A stretch of 64,000 nucleotides of DNA, taken from the human T2T-CHM13v2.0 reference genome, Homo sapiens. The stretch is from the NCBI RefSeq assembly GCF_009914755.1, contig NC_060939.1; one strand, given 5' to 3'. Below are positions 41,601 to 56,000 of this stretch, in pieces. Every line of letters begins with the position of its first letter. Positions within the stretch are counted from its first letter, which is position 1. Under the pieces are notes generated by a model. It was not told where the DNA came from. It ran no database searches and was given only the letters and a program-made list of their open reading frames with translations. The position numbers were made by a program, and so were the translations under genes.

Positions 41601-44077
41601 TTCCATTCCATTCGAATCAATTACATAGCAATCCATTACATTCGAGTCTATTCTATTCCGTTCCATTCGATTTCGTTCCAATCCATTCGATTCCATTCCA
41701 TTCGATTCCATTCCATACTATTGCATTCCATTCGATTACATTATATTCCAATAAGTTCCATTCAAGACCATTTCTTTTGAGTCCATTCTATTTGAGTCCA
41801 TTCCCTTTGATTCCATAACATTTGAGTCCATTCAATTCCATTCCTTTCGTTTCCATTCCATTTGATGCCATTCCATTCAATTCTGTTCTACTCGACTCCA
41901 ATACATTCAATTCCATTCCATCCGATTCCATTACATTCTTTTCATTTCTTATCCATTTCAAGCCATTCCACTCCATTCCATTCCACTCGTTTCCTTTCCA
42001 TTCGAGTCCATTCCTCTCCAGTCCATTCCGTTCAATCCATTCCATTCCAGTCCATTCCATTCGAGTCCGTTCCATTCCAGTCCATTCCATTCGAGTCAAT
42101 TCCATTCCATTCGATGTCTTTCCATAACGATCCATTCCATTCTATTCCTTTCGATTCCATTCCATTCTATTTCATTCCATTCGATTCCCTTCCATTGGAC
42201 TCCTTTCCATTCGAGTGCATTCCATTCCGTTCCATTTCTTTCCGTTCTGTACGATTCCTACCGTTCGATTTCATTTTGTTCCAGTCCATTCCTTTCGCGT
42301 CCATTCCATTCCATTTCACTCCATTCGATTCCATTCCACTCGATTCCACTTCGTTCCATTTCATTGCATTCCATTCTATTCAACTCTATTGCCTTCCATT
42401 CCATTCCATTCGATTACATTCCATGCGATTCCATTCGAAATCGAATCAATTACATTGCAATCCAGTACTATTGAGTCCATTTCATTGCAGTCCACTGCAT
42501 TCTGGTCCATTCCATTTGATTCCATTCCATTCTATTCCATTCCATACAGTTGCATTCCATTGGATTCCATTCTATATCTATAAATTCAATTCGAGACCAT
42601 TGCTTTTGAGTCCATTCTACATGATTCCATTCCATTCAAGTCCATTACATTTGGTTCAATTCCATTCCATTCCATTCCCTTCCATTCCATTCCAGTTGAT
42701 ATCAATCCATTCGATTCCATTCCACTCGAGCACATTCCATTCGAGTCCATTCCATTCGATGCCATTCCATTTGGTTCTATTCCATTAGTCTCCATTCAAT
42801 TCCATTAATCTCCATTCCATTCCATTCTACTCCAACTGATTCCATTCCATTCTATTCCTTTCCATTCCATTTCATTCCATTCCATTCCATTTCATTCCAT
42901 TCCATTCCATTCCATTCCATTCGCTTCCATTCCATTCGTGTCCATTCCATTCCAGTCCATTCCATTTGTGTCCACTGCATTCCATTCCACTCCATTCCAT
43001 ATTATTCCATTACACTCCATTCCATTCTATTACTTTCATTTCCATTCAATTCCATTCCATTTGATTCCATTCCACTCGGTTTCATTCCATTTGAGTCCAC
43101 TCCATTCCATTCCATTCCATTCCATTCCATTCAGTTCCATTCCATTCTGTTCCATTCCATTCCGTTCCATTGCATTCCATTCCATTCGGTACCATTCCAT
43201 ATTGTTCCATTCGATTCCATTCGAATCCATTCCATTCCAGTCCATTCCATTTGATTCCATTCCATTCCTTTCAATTCCATTCCATTCCATTCCATTCCAC
43301 TTGATTCCTCTCCATTCCCTTCCACTGCATTCCATTCGATTCCATTCCATTGCATTGCATTCCATTCCATTGGACTGCATTCCATTCGATTCCATTCCAT
43401 TCGAATCAATTACATAGCAATCCATTACATTCGAGTCTATTCTCTTCCGTTCCATTCGATTTCGTTCCAATCCATTCGATTCCATTCCATTCGATTCCAT
43501 TCCATACTATTGCATTCCATTCGATTACATTATATTCGAATAAGTTCCATTCAAGACCATTTCTTTTGAGTCCATTCTATTTGAGTCCATTCCCTTTGAT
43601 TCCATAACATTTGAGTCCATTCAATTCCATTCCTTTCGTTTCCATTCCATTTGATGCCATTCCATTCAATTCTGTTCTACTCGACTCCAATACATTCAAT
43701 TCCATTCCATCCGATTCCATTACATTCTTTTCATTTCTTATCCATTTCAAGCCATTCCACTCCATTCCATTCCACTCGTTTCCTTTCCATTCGAGTCCAT
43801 TCCTCTCCAGTCCATTCCGTTCTATCCATTCCATTCCAGTCCATTCCATTCGAGTCCGTTCCATTCCAGTCCATTCCATTCGAGTCAATTCCATCCCATT
43901 CGATGTTTTCCATAACGATCCATTCCATTCTATTCCTTTCGATTCCATTCCATTCTATTTCATTCCATTCGATTCCCTTCCATTGGACTCCTTTCCATTC
44001 GAGTGCATTCCATTCCGTTCCATTTCTTTCCGTTCTGTACGATTCCTACCGTTCGATTTCATTTTGTTCCAGTCCAT
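33330..44077. repeat. Direct tandem duplication of a 5,374-bp three-monomer block (two copies)
   Basis: Constant 5,374 offset: anchors 34670/40044, 36448/41822, 38237/43611. Private variants: CCATTAAATT (34331/39705), AGTACT (37090/42464), CTCGAG (37351/42725), TATTCCAATAAG, GATGTTTTCC. Confidence 0.93.
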
Positions 44078-47000
44078 TCTTTTCGCGTCCATTCCATTCC
44101 ATTTCACTCCATTCGATTCCATTCCACTCGATTCCACTTCGTTCCATTTCATTGCATTCCATTCTATTCAACTCTATTGCCTTCCATTCCATTCCATTCG
44201 ATTACATTCCATGCCATTCCATTCGAAATCGAATCAATTACATTGCAATCCATTACTATTGAGTCCGTTTTATTCCAGTCCACTGCATTCTGGTCCATTC
44301 CATTTGATTCCATTCCATTCTATTCCATTCCATACAGTTGCATTCCATTGGATTCCATGCTATATCTATAAATTCAATTCGAGACCATTGCTTTTTAGTC
44401 CATTCTATATGATTCCATTCCATTCAAGTCCATTACATTTGGTTCAATTCCATTCCATTCCATTCCCTTCCATTCCATTCCATTTGATATCAATCCATTC
44501 GATTCCATTCCATTCGAGCACATTCCATTCGAGTCCATTCCATTCGATGCCATTCCATTTGATTCTATTCCATTAGTCTCCATTCATTTCCATTAATCTC
44601 CATTCCATTCCATTTTACTCCAACTGATTCCATTCCATTCTATTCCTTTCCATTCCATTTCATTCCATTCCATTCCATTCCATTCCATTCCATTCCATTC
44701 GTGTACATTCCACTCCAGTCCATTCCATTCGTGTCCATTCCATTCCAGTCCATTCCATTTGTGTCCACTGCATTCCATTCCACTCCATTCCATATTATTC
44801 CATTACACTCCATTCCATTCTATCACTTTCATTTCCATTCAATTCCATTCCATTTGATTCCATTCCACTCGGTTTCATTCCATTTGAGTCCACTCCATTC
44901 CATTCCATTCCATTCCATTCAGTTCCATTCCATTCTGTTCCATTCCATTCCGTTCCATTACATTCCATTCCATTCGGTACCATTCCATATTGTTCCATTC
45001 GATTCCATTCGAATCCATTCCATTCCAGTCCATTCCATTCGATTCCATTCCATTCATTTCAATTCCATTCCATTCCATTCCATTACATTCCACTTGATTC
45101 CTCTCCATTCCCTTCCACTGCATTCTGTTCGATTCCATTCCATTGCATTGCATTCCATTCCATTGGATTGCATTCCATTCGATTCCATTCCATTCGAATC
45201 AATTACATAGCAATCCATTACATTCGAGTCTATTCTATTCCGTTCCATTCGATTTCGTTCCAATCCATTCGATTCCATTCCATTCGATTCCATTCCATAC
45301 TATTGCATTCCATTCGATTACATTATATTCGAATAAGTTCCATTCAAGACCATTTCTTTTGAGTCCATTCTATTTGAGTCCATTCCCTTTGATTCCATAA
45401 CATTTGAGTCCATTCAATTCCATTCCTTTCGTTTCCATTCCATTTGATGCCATTCCATTCAATTCTGTTCTACTCGACTCCAATACATTCAATTCCATTC
45501 CATCCGATTCCATTATATTCTTTTCATTTCTTATCCATTTCAAGCCATTCCACTCCATTCCATTCCACTCGTTTCCTTTCCATTCGAGTCCATTCCTCTC
45601 CAGTCCATTCCGTTCAATCCATTCCATTCCAGTCCATTCCATTCGAGTCCGTTCCATTCCAGTCCATTCCATTCGAGTCAATTCCATCCCATTCGATGTC
45701 TTTCCATAACGATCCATTCCATTCTATTCCTTTCAATTCCATTCCATTCTATTTCATTCCATTCGATTCCCTTCCATTGGACTCCTTTCCATTCGAGTGC
45801 ATTCCATTCCGTTCCATTTCTTTCCGTTCTGTACGATTCCTACCGTTCGATTTCATTTTGTTCCAGTCCATTCCTTTCACGTCCATTCCATTCCATTTCA
45901 CTCCATTCGATTCCATTCCCCTCGATTCCACTTCGTTCCATTTCATTGCATTCCATTCTATTCAACTCTATTGCCTTCCATTCCATTCCATTCGATTACA
46001 TTCCATGCGATTCCATTCGAAATCGAATCAATTACATTGCAATCCATTACAATTGAATCCGTTTTATTCCAGTCCACTGCATTCTGGTCCATTCCATTTG
46101 ATTCCATTCCATTCTATTCCATTCCATACAGTTGCATTCCTTTGGATTCCATGCTATATCTATAAATTCAATTCGAGACCATTGCTTTTGAGTCCATTCT
46201 ATATGATTCCATTCCATTCAAGTCCATTACATTTGGTTCAATTCCATTCCATTCCATTCCCTTCCATTCCATTCCATTTGATATCAATCCATTCGATTCC
46301 ATTCCATTCGAGCACATTCCATTCGAGTCCATTCCATTCGATGCCATTCCATTTGATTCTATTCCATTAGTCTCCATTCAATTCCATTAATCTCCATTCC
46401 ATTCCATTCTACTCCAACTGATTCCATTCCATTCTATTCCTTTCCATTCCATTTCATTCCATTCCATTCCATTTCATTCCATTCCATTCCATTCGCTTCC
46501 ATTCCATTCGTGTCCATTCCACTCCAGTCCATTCCATTCGTGTCCATTCCATTCCAGTCCATTCCATTTGTGTCCACTGCATTCCATTCCACTCCATTCC
46601 ATATTATTCCATTACACTCCCTTCCATTCTATTACTTTCATTTCCATTCAATTCCATTCCATTTGATTCCATTCCACTCGGTTTCATTCCATTTGAGTCC
46701 ACTCCATTCCATTCCATTCCATTCAGTTCCATTCCATTCTGTTCCATTCCATTCCGTTCCATTACATTCCATTCCATTCGGTACCATTCCATATTGTTCC
46801 ATTCGATTCCATTCGAATCCATTCCATTCCAGTCCATTCCATTCGATACCATTCCATTCATTTCAATTCCATTCCATTCCATTCCATTACATTCCACTTG
46901 ATTCCTCTCCATTCCCTTCCACTGCATTCCGTTCGATTCCATTCCATTGCATTGCATTCCATTCCATTGGATTGCATTCCATTCGATTCCATTCCATTCG

Positions 47001-50000
47001 AATCAATTACATAGCAATCCATTACATTCGAGTCTATTCTATTCCGTTCCATTCGATTTCGTTCCAATCCATTCGATTCCATTCCATTCGATTCCATTCC
47101 ATACTATTGCATTCCATTCGATTACATTATATTCGAATAAGTTCCATTCAAGACCATTTCTTTTGAGTCCATTCTATTTGAGTCCATTCCCTTTGATTCC
47201 ATAACATTTGAGTCCATTCAATTCCATTCCTTTCGTTTCCATTCCATTTGATGCCATTCCATTCAATTCAGTTCTACTCGACTCCAATACATTCAATTCC
47301 ATTCCATCCGATTCCATTACATTCTTTTCATTTCTTATCCATTTCAAGCCATTCCACTCCATTCCATTCCACTCGTTTCCTTTCCATTCGAGTCCATTCC
47401 TCTCCAGTCCATTCCGTTCAATCCATTCCATTCCAGTCCATTCCATTCGAGTCCGTTCCATTTCAGTCCATTCCATTCGAGTCAATTCCATCCCATTCGA
47501 TGTCTTTCCATAACGATCCATTCCATTCTATTCCTTTCGATTCCATTCCATTCTATTTCATTGCATTCGATTCCCTTCCATTGGACTCCTTTCCATTCGA
47601 GTGCATTCCATTCCGTTCCATTTCTTTCCGTTCTGTACGATTCCTACCGTTCGATTTCATTTTGTTCCAGTCCATTCCTTTCGCGTCCATTCCATTCCAT
47701 TTCACTCCATTCGATTCCATTCCACTCGATTAGACTTCGTTCCATTTCATTGCATTCCATTCTATTCAACTCTATTGCCTTCCATTCCATTCCATTCGAT
47801 TACATTCCATGCGATTCCATTCGAAATCGAATCAATTACATTGCAATCCATTACTATTGAGTCCATTTTATTCCAGTCCACTGCATTCTGGTCCATTCCA
47901 TTTGATTCCATTACATTCTATTCCATTCCATACAGTTGCATTCCATTGGATTCCATTCTATATGTATAAATTCAATTCGAGACCATTGCTTTTGAGTCCA
48001 TTCTATATGATTCCATTCCATTCAAGTCCATTACATTTGGTTCAATTCCATTCCATTCCATTCCCTTCCATTCCATTCCAGTTGATATCAATCCATTCGA
48101 TTCCATTCCATTCGAGCACATTCCATTCGAGTCCATTCCATTCGATGCCATTCCATTTGATTCTATTCCATTAGTCTCCATTCAATTCCATTAATCTCCA
48201 TTCCATTCCATTCTACTCCAACTGATTCCATTCCATTCTATTCCTTTCCATTCCATTTCATTCCATTCCATTCCATTTCATTCCATTCCATTCCATTCCA
48301 TTCCATTCGCTTCCATTCTATTCGTGTCCATTCCATTCCAGTCCATTCCATTTGTGTCCACTGCATTCCATTCCACTCCATTCCATATTATTCCATTACA
48401 CTCCATTCCATTCTATTACTTTCATTTCCATTCAATTCCATTCCATTTGATTCCATTCCACTCGGTTTCATTCCATTTGAGTCCACTCCATTCCATTCCA
48501 TTCCATTCCATTCAGTTCCATTCCATTCTGTTCCATTCCATTCCGTTCCATTGCATTCCATTCCATTCGGTACCATTCCATATTGTTCCATTCGATTCCA
48601 TTCGAATCCTTTCCATTCCAGTCCATTCCATTCGATTCCATTCCATTCCTTTCAATTCCATTCCATTCCATTCCATTCCACTTGATTCCACTCCATTCCC
48701 TTCCACTGCATTCCATTCGATTCCATTCCATTGCATTGCATTCCATTCCATTGGACTGCATTCCATTCGATTCCATTCCATTCGAATCAATTACATAGCA
48801 ATCCATTACATTCGAGTCTATTCTATTCCGTTCAATTCGATTTTGTTCCAATCCATTCGATTCCATTCCATTCGATTCCATTCCATACTATTGCATTCCA
48901 TTCTATTACATTATATTCGAATAAGTTCCATTCAAGACCATTTCTTTTGAGTCCATTCTATTTGAGTCCATTCCCTTTGATTCCATAACATTTGAGTCCA
49001 TTCAATTCCATTCCTTTCGTTTCCATTCCATTTGATGCCATTCCATTCAATTCTGTTCTACTCGACTCCAATACATTCAATTCCATTCCATCCGATTCCA
49101 TTACATTCTTTTCATTTCTTATCCATTTCAAGCCATTCCACTCCATTCCATTCCACTCGTTTCCTTTCCATTCGAGTCCATTCCTCTCCAGTCCATTCCG
49201 TTCAATCCATTCCATTCCAGTCCATTCCATTCGAGTCCGTTCCATTCCAGTCCATTCCATTCGAGTCAATTCCATTCCATTCGATGTCTTTCCATAACGA
49301 TCCATTCCATTCTATTCCTTTCGATTCCATTCCATTCTATTTCATTCCATTCGATTCCCTTCCATTGGACTCCTTTCCATTCGAGTGCATTCCATTCCGT
49401 TCCATTTCTTTCCGTTCTGTACGATTCCTACCGTTCGATTTCATTTTGTTCCAGTCCATTCCTTTCGCGTCCATTCCATTCCATTTCACTCCATTCGATT
49501 CCATTCCACTCGATTCCACTTCGTTCCATTTCATTGCATTCCATTCTATTCAACTCTATTGCCTTCCATTCCATTCCATTCGATTACATTCCATGCGATT
49601 CCATTCGAAATCGAATCAATTACATTGCAATCCATTACTATTGAGTCCGTTTTATTCCAGTCCACTGCATTCTGGTCCATTCCATTTGATTCCATTCCAT
49701 TCTATTCCATTCCATACAGTTGCATTCCATTGGATTCCATGCTATATCTATAAATTCAATTCGAGACCATTTCTTTTGAGTCCATTCTATATGATTCCAT
49801 TCCATTCAAGTCCATTACATTTGGTTCAATTCCATTCCATTCCATTCCCTTCCATTCCATTCCATTTGATATCAATCCATTCGATTCCATTCCATTCGAG
49901 CACATTCCATTCGAGTCCATTCCATTCGATGCCATTCCATTTGATTCTATTCCATTAGTCTCCATTCAATTCCATTAATCTCCATTCCATTCCATTCTAC

Positions 50001-53000
50001 TCCAACTGATTCCATTCCATTCTATTCCTTTCCATTCCATTTCATTCCATTCCATTCCATTCCATTCCATTCCATTCCATTCCATTCGTGTCCATTCCAC
50101 TCCAGTCCATTCCATTCGTGTCCATTCCATTCCAGTCCATTCCATTTGTGTCCACTGCATTCCATTCCACTCCATTCCATATTATTCCATTACACTCCAT
50201 TCCATTCTATCACTTTCATTTCCATTCAATTCCATTCCATTTGATTCCATTCCACTCGGTTTCATTCCATTTGAGTCCACTCCATTCCATTCCATTCCAT
50301 TCCATTCAGTTCCATTCCATTCTGTTCCATTCCATTCCGTTCCATTACATTCCATTCCATTCGGTACCATTCCATATTGTTCCATTCGATTCCATTCGAA
50401 TCCATTCCATTCCAGTCCATTCCATTCGATTCCATTCCATTCATTTCAACTCCATTCCATTCCATTCCATTACATTCCACTTGATTCCTCTCCATTCCCT
50501 TCCACTGCATTCCGTTCGATTCCATTCCATTGCATTGCATTCCATTCCATTGGATTGCATTCCATTCGATTCCATTCCATTCGAATCAATTACATAGCAA
50601 TCCATTACATTCGAGTCTATTCTATTCCGTTCCATTCGATTTCGTTCCAATCCATTCGATTCCATTCCATTCGATTCCATTCCATACTATTGCATTCCAT
50701 TCGATTACATTATATTCGAATAAGTTCCATTCAAGACCATTTCTTTTGAGTCCATTCTATTTGAGTCAATTCCCTTTGATTCCATAACATTTGAGTCCAT
50801 TCAATTCCATTCCTTTCGTTTCCATTCCATTTGATGCCATTCCATTCAATTCTGTTCTACTCGACTCCAATACATTCAATTCCATTCCATCCGATTCCAT
50901 TACATTCTTTTCATTTCTTATCCATTTCAAGCCATTCCACTCCATTCCATTCCACTCGTTTCCTTTCCATTCGAGTCCATTCCTCTCCAGTCCATTCCGT
51001 TCAATCCATTCCATTCCAGTCCATTCCATTCGAGTCCGTTCCATTCCAGTCCATTCCATTCGAGTCAATTCCATTCCATTCGATGTCTTTCCATAACGAT
51101 CCATTCCATTCTATTCCTTTCGATTCCATTCCATTCTATTTCATTCCATTCGATTCCCTTCCATTGGACTCCTTTCCATTCGAGTGCATTCCATTCCGTT
51201 CCATTTCTTTCCGTTCTGTACGATTCCTACCGTTCGATTTCATTTTGTTCCAGTCCATTCCTTTCGCGTCCATTCCATTCCATTTCACTCCATTCGATTC
51301 CATTCCACTCGATTCCACTTCGTTCCATTTCATTGCATTCCATTCTATTCAACTCTATTGCCTTCCATTCCATTCCATTCGATTACATTCCATGCGATTC
51401 CATTCGAAATCGAATCAATTACATTGCAATCCATTACTATTGAGTCCGTTTTATTCCAGTCCACTGCATTCTGGTCCATTCCATTTGATTCCATTCCATT
51501 CTATTCCATTCCATACAGTTGCATTCCATTGGATTCCATGCTATATCTATAAATTCAATTCGAGACCATTGCTTTTGAGTCCATTCTATATGATTCCATT
51601 GCATTCAAGTCCATTACATTTGGTTCAATTCCATTCCATTCCATTCCCTTCCATTCCATTCCATTTGATATCAATCCATTCGATTCCATTCCATTCGAGC
51701 ACATTCCATTCGAGTCCATTCCATTCGATGCCATTCCATTTGATTCTATTCCATTAGTCTCCATTCAATTCCATTAATCTCCATTCCATTCCATTCTACT
51801 CCAACTGATTCCATTCCATTCTATTCCTTTCCATTCCATTTCATTCCATTCCATTCCATTTCATTCCATTCCATTCCATTCGTGTCCATTCCACTCCAGT
51901 CCATTCCATTCCAGTCCATTCCATTTGTGTCCACTGCATTCCATTCCACTCCATTCCATATTATTCCATTACACTCCATTCCATTCTATTACTTTCATTT
52001 CCATTCAATTCCATTCCATTTGATTCCATTCCACTCGGTTTCATTCCATTTGAGTCCACTCCATTCCATTCCATTCCATTCAGTTCCATTCCATTCTGTT
52101 CCATTCCATTCCATTCCATTACATTCCATTCCATTCGGTACCATTCCATATTGTTCCATTCGATTCCATTCGAATCCATTCCATTCCAGTCCATTCCATT
52201 CGATACCATTCCATTCATTTCAATTCCATTCCATTCCATTCCATTACATTCCACTTGATTCCTCTCCATTCCCTTCCACTGCATTCCGTTCGATTCCATT
52301 CCATTGCATTGCATTCCATTCCATTGGATTGCATTCCATTCGATTCCATTCCATTCGAATCAATTACATAGCAATCCATTACATTCGAGTCTATTCTATT
52401 CCGTTCCATTCGATTTCGTTCCAATCCATTCGATTCCATTCCATTCGATTCCATTCCATACTATTGCATTCCATTCGATTACATTATATTCGAATAAGTT
52501 CCATTCAAGACCATTTCTTTTGAGTCCATTCTATTTGAGTCCATTCCCTTTGATTCCATAACATTTGAGTCCATTCAATTCCATTCCTTTCGTTTCCATT
52601 CCATTTGATGCCATTCCATTCAATTCTGTTCTACTCGACTCCAATACATTCAATTCCATTCCATGCGATTCCATTACGTTCTTTTCATTTCTTATCCATT
52701 TCAAGCCATTCCACTCCATTCCATTCCACTCGGTTCCTTTCCATTCGAGTCATTCCTCTCCAGTCCATTCCGTTCAATCCATTCCATTCCAGTCCATTCC
52801 ATTCGAGTCCGTTCCATTCCAGTCCATTCCATTCGAGTCAATTCCATTCCATTCGATGTCTTTCCATAACGATCCATTCCATTCTATTCCTTTCGATTCC
52901 ATTCCATTCTATTTCATTCCATTCGATTCCCTTCCATTGGACTCCTTTCCATTCGAGTGCATTCCATTCCGTTCCATTTCTTTCCGTTCTGTACGATTCC

Positions 53001-56000
53001 TACCGTTCGATTTCATTTTGTTCCAGTCCATTCCTTTCGCGTCCATTCCATTCCATTTCACTCCATTCGATTCCATTCCACTCGATTCCACTTCGTTCCA
53101 TTTCATTGCATTCCATTCTATTCAACTCTATTGCCTTCCATTCCATTGCATTCGATTACATTCCATGCGATTCCATTCGAAATCGAATCAATTACATTGC
53201 AATCCATTACTATTGAGTCCGTTTTATTCCAGTCCACTGCATTCTGTTCCATTCCATTTGATTCCATTCCATTCTATTCCATTCCATACAGTTGCATTCC
53301 ATTGGATTCCATGCTATATCTATAAATTCAATTCGAGACCATTGCTTTTGAGTCCATTCCATATGATTCCATTCCATTCAAGTCCATTACATTTGGTTCA
53401 ATTCCATTCCATTCCATTCCCTTCCATTCCATTCCATTTGATATCAATCCATTCGATTCCATTCCATTCGAGCACATTCCATTCGAGTCCATTCCATTCG
53501 ATGCCATTCCATTTGATTCTATTCCATTAGTCTCCATTCAATTCCATTAATCTCCATTCCATTCCATTCTACTCCAACTGATTCCATTCCATTCTATTCC
53601 TTTCCATTCCATTTCATTCCATTCCATTCCATTTCATTCCATTCCATTCCATTCGCTTCCATTCCATTCGTGTCCATTCCACTCCATTCCATTCCATTCG
53701 TGTCAATTCCATTCCAGTCCTTTCCATTTGTGTCCACTGCACTCCATTCCACTCCATTCCATATTATTCCATTACACTCCATTCCATTCTATTACTTTCA
53801 TTTCCATTCAATTCCATTCCATTTTATTCCATTCCACTCGGTTTCATTCCATTTGAGTCCACTCCATTCCATTCCATTCCATTCAGTTCCATTCCATTCT
53901 GTTCCATTCCATTCCGTTCCGTTACATTCCATTCCATTCGGTACCATTCCATATTGTTCCATTCGATTCCATTCGAATCCATTCCATTCCAGTCCATTCC
54001 ATTCGATTCCATTCCATTCATTTCAATTCCATTCCATTCCATTCCATTACATTCCACTTGATTCCTCTCCATTCCCTTCCACTGCATTCCGTTCGATTCC
54101 ATTCCATTGCATTGCATTCCATTCCATTGGATTGCATTCCATTCGATTCCATTCCATTCGAATCAATTACATAGCAATCCATTACATTCGAGTCTATTCT
54201 CTTCCGTTCCATTCGGTTTCGTTCCAATCCATTCGATTCCATTCCATTCGATTCCATTCCATACTATTGCATTCCATTCGATTACATTATATTCGAATAA
54301 GTTCCATTCAAGACCATTTCTTTTGAGTCCATTCTATTTGAGTCCATTCCCTTTGATTCCATAACATTTGAGTCCATTCAATTCCATTCCTTTCGTTTGC
54401 ATTCCATTTGATGCCATTCCATTCAATTCTGTTCTACTCGACTCCAATACATTCAATTCCATTCCATCCGATTCCATTACATTCTTTTCATTTCTTATCC
54501 ATTTCAAGCCATTCCACTCCATTCCATTCCACTCGTTTCCTTTCCATTCGAGTCCATTCCTCTCCAGTCCATTCCGTTCAATCCATTCCATTCCAGTCCA
54601 TTCCATTCGAGTCCGTTCCATTCCAGTCCATTCCATTCGAGTCAATTCCATTCCATTCGATGTCTTTCCATAACGATCCATTCCATTCTATTCCTTTCGA
54701 TTCCATTCCATTCTATTTCATTCCATTCGATTCCCTTCCATTGGACTCCTTTCCATTCGAGTGCATTCCATTCCGTTCCATTTCTTTCCGTTCTGTACGA
54801 TTCCTACCGTTCGATTTCATTTTCTTCCAGTCCATTCCTTTCGCGTCCATTCCATTCCATTTCACTCCATTCGATTCCATTCCACTCGATTCCACTTCGT
54901 TCCATTTCATTGCATTCCATTCTATTCAACTCTATTGCCTTCCATTCCATTCCATTCGATTACATTCCATGCGATTCCATTCGAAATCGAATCAATTACA
55001 TTGCAATCCATTACTATTGAGTCCATTTTATTCCAGTCCACTGCATTCTGGTCCATTCCATTTGATTCCATTCCATTCTATTCCATTCCATACAGTTGCA
55101 TTCCATTGGATTCCATTCTATATCTATAAATTCAATTCGAGACCATTGCTTTTGAGTCCATTCTATATGATTCCATTCCATTCAAGTCCATTACATTTGG
55201 TTCAATTCCATTTCATTCCATTCCCTAACATTCCATTCCAGTTGATATCAATCCATTCGATTCCATTCCATTCGAGCACATTCCATTCGAGTCCATTCCA
55301 TTCGATGCCATTCCATTTGATTCTATTCCATTAGTCTCCATTCAATTCCATTAATCTCCATTCCATTCCATTCTACTCCAACTGATTCCATTACATTCTA
55401 TTCCTTTCCATTCCATTTCATTCCATTCCATTCCATTTCATTCCATTCCATTCCATTCGCTTCCATTCCATTCGTGTCCATTCCACTCCAGTCCATTCCA
55501 TTCGTGTCCATTCCATTCCAGTCCATTCCATTTGTGTCCACTGCATTCCATTCCACTCCATTCCATATTATTCCATTACACTCCCTTCCATTCTATTACT
55601 TTCATTTCCATTCAATTCCATTCCATTTGATTCCATTCCACTCGGTTTCATTCCATTTGAGTCCACTCCATTCCATTCCATTCCATTCAGTTCCATTCCA
55701 TTCTGTTCCATTCCATTCCGTTCCATTACATTCCATTCCATTCGGTACCATTCCATATTGTTCCATTCGATTCCATTCGAATCCATTCCATTCCAGTCCA
55801 TTCCATTCGATACCATTCCATTCATTTCAATTCCATTCCATTCCATTCCATTACATTCCACTTGATTCCTCTCCATTCCCTTCCACTGCATTCCGTTCGA
55901 TTCCATTCCATTGCATTGCATTCCATTCCATTGGATTGCATTCCATTCGATTCCATTCCATTCGAATCAATTACATAGCAATCCGTTACATTCGAGTCTA

